From Octopus sinensis (taxonomy: Eukaryota), in the NCBI RefSeq assembly GCF_006345805.1, contig NC_043001.1, positions 1 through 64,000 of the forward strand: a stretch of DNA of 64,000 bases. The letters are read 5' to 3'. Made by a program: the position numbers and the translations under genes. Within the stretch, counting starts at the first letter, position 1; each line of letters opens with the position of its first letter. Positions 44,050 through 54,560 of this stretch are shown piece after piece. Below the pieces are notes generated by a model. It was not told the DNA's origin and did no database searches. It saw only the letters and a program-made list of their open reading frames with translations.

Positions 44050-44469
44050 TTAATTTATTTCAGTCATATGACCCCATTTATTATTGACCACTAGTTATTA
44101 TTCTATCGGTTTCTCTTGCCCAACCGCTAAGTTACGGGGACACACCAACATCGGTTGTCAAGTGAGGGTTGGGGGGACAAACACAGACACATAAACATAT
44201 ATATATATATTTTAAAATTATAAGTATAAGAAAGCTACCCAGGTATCGGTTATCTTTCGAATTATCCTTAATAAGATAATTCATTCAACTACTCAAATAT
44301 ATATATATTTATATATACGACGGCTTTTTTCGGTTTCCGTCTACCAAACCACTCACAAAGCCTTAGTCGGTCCGAGGCTAATGTAGAAGACCCAAAGTGC
44401 CATGCAGTGAGACTGAACCCGGAACCATCTGGTTGGTAAGCAAGCGACTTACCACACGGCCACTCCTGC
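44050..44469 (-). mobile_element. tRNA-derived SINE family 2 with an internal (TA)n tract and insert
   Basis: Minus-strand head GCAGGAGTGGCCGTGTGGTAAG (A box) ... GGTTCAGTC (B-box-like). The 3' half is homologous to 43165-43370. Confidence 0.65.
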
Positions 44470-44494
44470 AACTTACACACATATATATATATAT

Positions 44495-44527
<33 letters not shown>

Positions 44528-44984
44528 TACATTTATATATATATATATATATAAAGATTTATATATATATATATATGTATGTATGTATGTATGTATGCAT
44601 GTATGTATGTATGTATGTATGTATGTATGTATGTATGTATGTATGTATGTATGTATGTATGTGTATATATCAGAGGCGACTCCAGGTCATCAGTATCGCT
44701 CGGGTTCATCACAGATTTCGCATAAGTCACATACGTGCTCTAATGATTTCACTTTTTTCTGCAATATTTCCATCCCCAAATGGCTTATTCTTTATATCTA
44801 GCACTATGTCCTTCCCCATTTCTAAGTTAAGGGCAAAAATAAAGTAACTCTGCAAAGCACAACTGATCACAGACGCACAGAATAACAGCAGTCAAATAAC
44901 TTCTGGAACGGCAAAGTGAAATGCATTTTGGTTACGACGGCTTGAAATGCATCCATGCAGCATATCTTCACTACTATAGGAACA

Positions 44985-45178
44985 AGACCTGAAATTTCAG
45001 GGTAGGGTGTATGTCGATTATATTGACCCTAATGCTCTACCGGTACTTGTTTTATCGACCCCGAGAGGATGAAAGGCAAAGTCAACCTGGGAAGATTTGA
45101 ACTCAAAGCATAAATACAGATATAATGAGCGAACGATTTTGACCGGTGTGCTAACGATTCTGCAAACCCACCGCCTTT
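44985..45178 (-). mobile_element. Older, diverged SINE family 1 copy
   Basis: Shares TCGACCCCGAGAGGATGAAAGGCAAAGTC...TTTGAACTC...GTGCTAACG...CACCGCCTT with 26030-26199. Confidence 0.75.
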
Positions 45179-45686
45179 ATACATACAAACGCGCACGCGC
45201 ACATACATGCATGTAAGTATGCATGTATATATGTATGCATGTATATATGTATGTATGTGTGTATGTATGTATGATTATACAGAAATCGCTTAGTTGTCCG
45301 TAAGTCAGAAAAAAAACTACACCCTAAAAGGGAAATGGATGCGTTTAGACTTTCATATTGTGCAGCAGTATATTGCTGGCTATGGCTTATACTGTTCGCC
45401 AATACATACATACATACAAACATACATACATACTTATATATATTAGAGATGTACTTGCAGAGCAAGGGACCTGATCTGAGATCGTGTGCTGGAACGAAAA
45501 CAATTGCAGCGTAGAAGGTGTTTATAAGCCATTTAAGAAACACACAAAAACCGTTAGATTCACTTCAATATTTAAATTTAATTTGTCAAAATATTTTCGT
45601 CGCTTTGAGACCGCGACCGGTTCACTGACAAAACTTCGTGCAGCACGAAGTTTTGTCTTGTAAACACCTTCCAAGCTGCAATTGTT

Positions 45687-45815
<129 letters not shown>

Positions 45816-46130
45816 GTATATTATATTATATTAAATTAGAGATAAAAAACACTATTAGGCAAATCAAACAGTGAAAAACATAAGCCAATACATAAAATTA
45901 ATTTTAAAATATAAAATTTATAAATTAAAAAATTATTTAAATAATTTAAACTTATAAATTTTAAATATATATATACATATATATATATGTGTGTATGTAT
46001 GTATATTTTTATATTATTTTATTTATTAATTTATTTTATCTTTTATTAAACTTTTAATACTTTTGATATTTATATAAAAAAATTAATAAATAAATAATTA
46101 ATTAATTAAATAATATATAAATATAAAAAT

Positions 46131-46226
<96 letters not shown>

Positions 46227-46341
46227 ATAATATATATACCGGAGTAAACACATAAATGTGAAACAAGGTGGAAAAAGAGTACTCAAATACCAGTGGTAGA
46301 GTAATATGCTTTATTTTAAGCAGCAGAAAATTCAACAAAAT

Positions 46342-46379
46342 CTGTTACTCTGAGTTTCTCGTTGCCGTTCATCAGACAG
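46342..46379 (-). ncRNA. Minimal type I hammerhead ribozyme
   Basis: Minus strand reads CTGT CTGATGA ACG-GCAA-CGA GAAA CTC-A-GAG TA ACAG: stem I CTGT/ACAG, exact core, GNRA-capped stem II with an A.A mismatch at the closing pair, near-palindromic stem III and a GTA cleavage triplet. Confidence 0.8.
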
Positions 46380-47481
46380 TTTTTGCTAGAATGGAACTGA
46401 TATATCAATTCAATCTATACTCTTACAAACGCTACACCTTTAAAAAGAAATGGACTTGTTTGATTGGCCCTTTAGAAAAAACGGTCAATCTTCGAGCGAT
46501 AAACAAAAAGGTCAAAGTTATATGTATATATATATATAAAAACTTATAAAAATTATATATAAAAAAACTTATAAAAATTATAAAATCCGAGGAAAAAACC
46601 ATTGACGTTAATGAAGACAGTGCAAATTAATGCATAGAAATTAAACCTGTTATAAATACTGCAATACATATTTATATTAAAATCTACATATATATATCAA
46701 CATACACAAAAGGATGCGCGTAAACGCCATACATACATATACAGACGTATGAATATAAATTTAAATATACACATAAAAGCATGTGTACATATATTCACGC
46801 AAACCTTCTCGCACGCAAGCTAAAATTCATCTATGTAGCAATTCTCATATACTGGGCAAGGAGGGGGAACGAAAGAAAGGGAGAGAGAGAAAAAGGAACG
46901 AAGGAGGGGTGGGGAAAAAAACGAAATAAGAAAAAAATTTATGTGTACAGGCAGTGTAACGCTGTTATTGGCATCTATAGAGACCAGTATACATACACAA
47001 GTTTGAATGGATACATATACATACCGTCGTGTATATGTGTGCTTAAGCACAAACATACTTTCACTTACACATACACAGATACGCATGCTTACAAATACAT
47101 ATGCTTTGCTATACACATACTTATATAAACATTATAATTTTGACAACATTGCTTTTTTTAAAAACATTGCTTTTAAAAAATGGGTGCATTAATAAAAATA
47201 TATACGAAAGACATATAAAATAAAATATAACATCCTATTTTGGGTCATTTATAAATAATCAAGGTAATATAAATAATCAAGGTAATCCTATGCAATACAA
47301 TAACATGAAAACAAAGTTTGTAGGTTTTTCCTAATATATATGTAGAAACATAAGACTTTGCTATACGGATTAAGATCCGCATAGTTTGGAAACAAAACAA
47401 AAACAAAAACAAAATCAAAATCAAAATCCATCGTAGCGCTCAAGAGTCAAAATCAAAAATCAAAAATACAAAATATATACT

Positions 47482-49334
47482 CTATCCATATGGTATATTT
47501 ATATTCGACATTTTAAATTTAGTCGCGTGCCTACATAAGTTCATTAACTCACTTCTTTGATTCAAAGAATTATTGTCTTTGAATAAAATGTACATTTTCT
47601 CTAATAGACAAAGTCTGCACTTGAAATTATTTTTGTAAGCTCCATGCCTGTATGGTGCCGCCCTGTCCAGAATGCTCCATGTCACGTTGAAAGGTGGGGC
47701 TTCCTTTTCTTTTAGTTCCCAGACATATTTTGCTAGGCTGGTTTTCTTCCTATTCTCTGGGTATTTAAATGAATTTTTATGAGAATAAAATCTTGTTTTA
47801 AATGAATTTTCTGAAGCCCCTGTGTATGTCTTGTATTCCGATGAGCCTTCCACTTGCACTTTGGCTCTATAAACTACTCCTTTCACTAGACATTTCCCTT
47901 CTAACGGACAGGAGCTTTCGTTTTTGAAATTACATTTCTTAATGGGCTCGGCACCATGTCTAATCTCAATTAGCTTCCTATTATGTTGGCTAATGTAAGA
48001 GGCGAAATTTCTGCAACAAGAATAGCTAACCTTCAGGGTTCTTCTATTAAATATTCTGTAGAATTTATGACCCTGCTTAAAATGCTTAGAGACTAATCTC
48101 AAAAAGTCCTTACCTATATTAGTCTTTACGGCCAAATTGAAAGTCGGGTTGAACCACAAAACTTTCCTGGTCCTAGTTCTTCGTGCAGCATTATTATCAG
48201 CATTAAGCTGGTTGAACTGGATCTTCTCAGAGAATCCACTATTCTTTAATGCGCTATCGTAATAAGGTGCAGCATTATGGAATGCTGCCTCGTCCGAAGA
48301 AATTGAAGATATTCTTCTACCTACATTGCTGACTAAGTTCCTAAGGATAACTGGTGGATGGTTCGAATCTTTAATAATATACGATAGCTTTTCATTGGGC
48401 TTACGGAAAGGTTTAAATCTATCCGATCTTACATTAAAATTTACGTCTAAAAAATCTACACTATTCAGGTTAGCATCTATCGTAACCCGTAAGCCCATCC
48501 TTTGAAAGAAAGCTATAAGGTCCTTCCTAAGTCTATCTGATTCATGGCCGTTTAGATTATGCGTGGCTATAAGGCCGTCATCCCTATATAAACCTGCATC
48601 TATAAATGGGAATTCTATTTTTAGATTATGGAGAATAAAGGCTCCTATGAGCATACATAACTCAGCCCCATCGGTACATCGAAAAGAGAATCCTCAGTCT
48701 TCTTAATCCAGGTGGAATCCTCGAAAAAAAGAAGCGATTTCCTCGCATGCATAATAATATCAATTTCCGAGCTATCGATGTTGACATACTGCTTGGCGAA
48801 GTCCAATGCCCTTAGGAGCAACGTCCTAGATATTGACGGGTAAAAGTCAATAATGTCGAATTGCGTGAAACTACAATTATTCTTATAGCTAATACCTTTA
48901 AACCACTCTATAACTGACTTACTATTCTTCCAAATTCTCAAGTCTACTTCACTATCTAACTTAACTAAAATACGGTCCAAAATATTTTTGCTAATAATTC
49001 CTATCTCAGTTTTAGCCGGATTTATCAATCTACATTTGGGGTTTCTACTAAAATTGGCTTTATGGTCTTTCAGAGTAATAAAAGCTGGTCGTGGTGAAAG
49101 GTATTCAATCCTATCGCTAATCTTAAGATCGTTAGCTATTCCTCTTGCTTCTAAGTTCACCTCTTTATATATATTCGTGTTGTCTTTTTTGTATGTGTCC
49201 GTGACACTATTCGAAATCAGGCGTTTATAAACGTCCTTATCAAGTGCATATAAGTTCCTTGTCTTATCAGAATTAACGAAGATCTTATTCGAGTCGTTAA
49301 TCTCCTTAATTTTTTCTCTCGTGTTTTTTTGCAA
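47482..49334 (-). pseudogene. Penelope-like RT/GIY-YIG ORF with one frameshift at ~48650-48670
   Basis: FDIIDFYPSI, PMG/DGAELC, GLYRDDGL, VDFLDV, SNHPP, WFNP, GIY-YIG-like VVYRAK...YTG...FKTRFYSH, and a CRLCLLEK...N.RSE...CRH tail. Confidence 0.9.
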
Positions 49335-49475
49335 TTGGTTGGTGAAAATAAGTTGACAAAACCAGATAGGATGTTGACGAAGGTCCTCCTAAAATTTGAG
49401 CGACATGCATGCTCATTTGTGGACATGTATCAATTACAATCACGTACACACACACACATCCTGCTTTTATAGATA

Positions 49476-49513
<38 letters not shown>

Positions 49514-49802
49514 AACATATGCATATATACATACATATATGTACGTACCTACCTCTACATGTATATATGGGTACAGGACACCAAAAAACGTCGAACACAA
49601 TGAGAAACGAAAACATGAACATAAAACCAAGGAAATGGTCATTTTTCTTAAACAATGAAAATATAGAGTACAGGACATACAAAACAAGGAAAATTCCCCT
49701 TCTTCAGTCGCCTTTCTTTCATCTACTCCACGTTTCGAAAGTCAAGGCGATACATGACTTTAATGAAACAATCCTTCCCGCGAATATATATATATATATA
49801 TA

Positions 49803-49938
49803 CTAGCAGTATAACCCGGCCTTGCCCGGGATTAAGTTACAATCATGAAGGTAATCAAGTTCTTTACTTCAAACCAAACTAAGTAATATAGACGTAAAAT
49901 TTGGGCGAAATCCGTTGAAATTAGTTATATTATATATA
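49803..49938 (-). mobile_element. Helitron-like 3' terminus (also at ~23965-24099), body interrupted by mariner
   Basis: Minus strand shows the hairpin CCCGG-GCAAGG-CCGGG, then 8 nt, then CTAG followed by T. No 5' TC end was identified. Confidence 0.5.
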
Positions 49939-51213
49939 CGAGGGACGTTCAATAAGTAATGCCCCTGACCCACTTGCAGTTGTTTGATCTAGCTGAAATT
50001 TTGCATGTGCAATTATTTATGTCCTTATAGATTAAGTGGCAAATTACAGCTCTGGACTAATTGTGGTTTCTGATTTACAGGTGTTTGAACCGAGTCAAGT
50101 GTGAAATGGAGCCTTTTGAGTGTCGAGCAGTGATCCAGTTTTTCTATTTGAAAGGACGCACACCACGGGAGACTTTTGATGAAATGAAAGTAACTTATGG
50201 TGATGATGCTCCATCATATGACCTTGTAAAACGCTGGCATCGTGAATTCAAACATGGTCGGAACTCTGTGGAAACAGCTCCCAGATCTGGTCAACCCCCT
50301 TTTGCCATTCATGAGGCATCTGTCCGTCAAGTTTAGGCTGCCAATTTGGAAGATCGACGCATAACTATTCGCCAAATAGCCCATGAGGTCAAGATTAGTA
50401 CCGGGTCTGTGGAAACTATCATTCATGACCATTTGCATATGAAAAAGGTGTCTGCCAGATGGATTCCCAGGTTGCTCACACCTTTCCACCAGTAAGAAGG
50501 CGTCGAGTGCTCGAGGATGAATTTGGAGATGTGCCAAGAAGATGAGTCAAAATTTTTCGAAAGACTGATTACACAGGATGAAACCTGGGTCCATCACTAT
50601 GATCCAGAGACCCAGTCAATGCAGTGGAAGCACCGTGACTCACCTCCTCCAAAGAAGGCAAGGGTGCAGCCCTCCGCTGGCAAGGTCATGCTCACAGTCT
50701 TCTGAGACCAGGACGGAGTAGTGATGACAGATTTCCTGGTAAAGGGTACCATAATTACAGGAGCTTATTATGCTTCACTTTTCAGGAAATTAAGAGAAGC
50801 TATCAAAATCAAGAGGCGGGGCAAGATCAGCAAAAGCATCCTCCTCCTGCAGGACAACACTCCGGTCCACAACTCACGTGTCACCAGATCAGAAGTACAG
50901 GCGTGCGGCTATGAACTCCTCCCCCATCCTGACCTTGCACCCTCTGATTTTCACCTCTTCCCAGCCATGAAGTTGATTTTGAAAGGAAAGTGTTTCCCAG
51001 ATGATGCAGCCTTGATTTCTGAAGTCACGTCGTGGTTGGAGGACCAAGCTGGGGTCTTCTACAAAAACGGTCTCCAGAGCTGCATCAAACGATGGGAGAA
51101 ATGCGTAACTCTGGGTGGTTCCTATGTAGAAAAAGACTAATAACTGTGCCAAGTTTCGTTGCTCTACTGCTATGGGAAGTGGGTCAGGGGCATTACTTAT
51201 TGAACGCCCCTCG
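49939..51213 (+). mobile_element. mariner (DD34D) DNA transposon, 1275 bp, defective
   Basis: 37-bp TIRs with one mismatch and TA TSDs. Transposase runs ATG 50106 to TAA 51140 with WIPRLL, QDETW, QDN and DLAPSD, and internal stops at 50334 and 50703. Confidence 0.95.
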
Positions 51214-51626
51214 TATATATATATATATATAGGTAAATTCCTTGAGATAGCATTAGTAGTAGTAGTTGTAGTAGTAGTAGTAGTAGGTAGAAGAGATGTT
51301 GACAGTGGTAATGATTGAGGAGGTGGATTCCAAGAGCTAGCGGTAGACAAAGATGTTTGTCGATACATAGTGGGAGTAGTACTAGTAGTAGTAAGCAGAT
51401 GAGATGGTGTTGACAATGATGATGATTGAGCTGCTGGGGCAGTGAAAGGAAGGGGTGGTGCTTCCTGCTGTGTGACCCTGATGACTGGGGGGGGGTCAAT
51501 CGTTTCGTTTAGCAAACGATTTGCGGGAGCAACTGTTTTCTCGAAGCAACTGCTTTCGCGAATTGCTCGAAATGTGGAGTTGATAAACAGCCGACAACTG
51601 ATGAAGGGTCGTTCTTTATGTTACTT

Positions 51627-52043
51627 ATTTCTCTACTGCCTACAAGGGGCTAAACACAGAGGGGACAAACAAGGACAGACAAACTGATTAAGCCGATTCT
51701 ATCGACCCCAGTGCGTAACTGGTACTTATTTAATCGACCCAGAAAGGATGAAAGGCAAAGTCGACCGCGGCGGAATTTGAACTCAGAACATAAAGACAGA
51801 CGAAATACCTATTTCTTTATTACCCACAAGGGGCTAAACATAAAGGGGACAAACAAGGACAGACATAGGTATTAAGTTGATTACATCGACCCCAGTGCGT
51901 AACTTGTACTTAATTTATCGACCCCGAAAGGATGAAAGGCAAAGACGACCTCGGCGGAATTTGAACTCAGAACGTAACGACAGACGAAATACGGCTGCGC
52001 ATTTCGCCCGGCGTGCTAACGTTTCTGCCAGCTCACCGCCTTG
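51627..52043 (-). mobile_element. SINE family 1 tandem with a 12-bp TSD (same insertion as 25781-26199)
   Basis: Near-identical to the duplicate and flanked by TTTATGTTACTT. Confidence 0.8.
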
Positions 52044-52203
52044 TTTATGTTACTTGTCTTGTTTTGCATCTGTTTCTCCCGTTCACATACACACAAAAAA
52101 ACAAACAAACCAAAAATAAACCGTGTCTTCGTATTTCATGTTGTTTTTCGTATTTTGGATTTCATGTTGCTTACATTTTGTGGCGTCTTGCATATATATA
52201 TAT

Positions 52204-52303
<100 letters not shown>

Positions 52304-53834
52304 CAGATATATAATAGAATAACTTCGGATGCATATTAAATAACCACCTTATATTAGTATTAGTAAATGGATGCATAAATATTTGGATAGGGATTAATAC
52401 TGAGTTACAATATGAGTAGTTACGTTTTTGAGTAACATTAAAACAGTATATCGAGCTCTATAACTTCAACAATAATCAACTCAAACTAGTAGATATTGAT
52501 ATAAGGTCAGATACTTAATATATTGTTTTTATTTCGGTATTTTATACAACTTAACTTTTGCAACGAGATTAAGTTGATTGTTTAGGATTCACATTACTGT
52601 AACGGTTTATTTACACGGTGAATTTTGATTTCTGTATCTTCCGTAAATCACTTCCTTTTTCTATACCTTAAATGTTGTCAAATGTGTTTGCATTGTTTCT
52701 ATTTCTTTCGAAAGCTTTGTCTGAATATTTTCCAACCTTTGCCAAATATTAATCCTAACGTTTTCTACCCTTTTAGGCCATTTTTATACATTAGGAATTA
52801 CCCTTTCAGGCTATTTTCTACCTATTAGGAATAGCATAGTCTTCACTTTAATGGTTTATAATATATTTTTTTAGTTATTAGTATGTGTATTATATATATA
52901 TGTTTATTGGTATGTGTATATATGTATGTATATGGATATGTACGTATGTATGTATGTATGTATGTATGTGTGTATTTATGTGCTTATGTTTATCTATGTG
53001 TACGTGTGTATGTGCGCATATGTGTATGTATGTACGTATGTGTATTTTAACCAACCAACCGTAACTAAGACAATGAAATTCAAATGTGCCAACCAATTGA
53101 ATTGAGCTTGAGATTGTAAATAATCTCTCAGCCCGTTAAGACCCATCGCTCACCTATTGATATGCGAACTCTATGTATGTACATGCATATATACTTTCTG
53201 TATGATGTAAAAGGGTAATATCTCTTTATATATGTATATGTATTAATGGATGTTTTTGCGCATGTATGTATATGCGCAAAATGTATTTGGTACCTGTGTG
53301 TATATATATGTATGTAGATTTAGACTAAAGTTTCGATTTTCGCTGTATGATATATGAATATAGTGACATTGTATATTGTGGCATTGTATATTGTTTTGCA
53401 TTATTTTATTTTATTGAATTAATTTACTGGCATCTCCCATATGCATCTGTCTATATATTATGTTATACTGTATTATATATTTATATGTAATATAATATAT
53501 TATATTTTATTATGTTGTGTTACACTGTATTATATTATACTATATTTTATATTTTATGTGGTATTTTCCATCTACTATGTATTGTGAATAGCAGAATGCA
53601 CATATTCCTTTATTGGTATTATTAATAATAATAATATTAATAGTTTTTAGTAATGTAATACAATGAACTTTGGACTTTGTATATGTACACTTTGATGTTG
53701 ATATATATATATGTATATGTAGGTGTATATACACTTATATGTATATATGCATATTCTTGTATATGTGTACCTTGTTTAATATTCATATTTGCATTTTGCA
53801 TCTTCATTTTATATCTTTATATTTGTACTTTATA

Positions 53835-53962
53835 ATCTCTGACGAGGCCTTGAGATATATATATATAAGTAACTCATTTTTAACCGCATATTACCTCAAT
53901 ATATCTGACTAATATGGGCATAATGAGATACTCTTATCTACAGGCTGAAACAGCTGTAAGAT
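53835..53962 (+). ncRNA. Type I hammerhead ribozyme with extended stem II (counterpart of 28009-28136)
   Basis: ATCT CTGACGA GGCCT...AGGCT GAAAC AGCT GTA AGAT. Confidence 0.75.
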
Positions 53963-54233
53963 CCATTTTATATGTATTATTCTTATGGTATTATCTGGAA
54001 TTGATGATTGAAAGAAATCTATTCCTCCATTTTCTTATTTTGTATTATGAATTTGACGTAAAACATTTTACCTTCGCCCATTTAATACAATAAATGAATT
54101 AATTGCATTACAATTCTTAGCATTTATGTATTAGCCTTCTGGGTACTTTACTGGCAGTATATTGGATAAATGATATTCCATAGTGGGTTACACTCATAAC
54201 ACTTATCTCACTTTGTACATATATACACATATA

Positions 54234-54560
54234 CTAGCAAAGCCCACCCCACCCCCACCCGTCATTAGACGGTTTGTATAGGTGAAGAGGGTTATCTTGG
54301 ACGGTGTTAAGTTGTGGAGATGTTTGGTGATTGTATGTGGTGTTTACTTTTGACTGTTTCTTCCCCCAATAAGGATAATTGATTGAAAACGAACCTTAAT
54401 AACACAATATATATTTACAACTTCAAGTGGAATCGGACATCATAATTAGCCTTAAACCTTTTTGTACTCAAGCGTACCTCATGTTGACACCTGTATGCCA
54501 GACGGAATGCTGTTTTATCTCTTAAGTGAAAATTGCAAGTTATATTTAAACTATATTAGA
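54234..54560 (-). mobile_element. Short non-autonomous Helitron-like element (also ~28407-28729)
   Basis: The minus strand begins A|TCTAATATAG and ends with the hairpin CCGTC-TAAT-GACGG followed by ...CTAG|T. This matches Helitron TC...CTRR ends in an AT target with no TSD. Confidence 0.55.

Larger units (their letters stand above)
46238..49360 (-). mobile_element. Penelope-like retroelement (RT + C-terminal GIY-YIG, Naiad-like), 5'-truncated, with a putative 3' pseudo-LTR carrying a hammerhead
   Basis: ORFs 48645-49334 and 47482-48654, followed on the same strand by ~1.2 kb of non-coding sequence containing an HHR and ending at (TA)n. Assigning the whole non-coding tail to the element is inference. 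Confidence 0.8.

Noticed and set aside
50889-51515. 208-aa minus-strand Thr/Ser-rich ORF
   Set aside because: It runs across a (TAG)n microsatellite, a (TA)n tract and the antisense strand of the mariner TIR and transposase, so it is a chance ORF.
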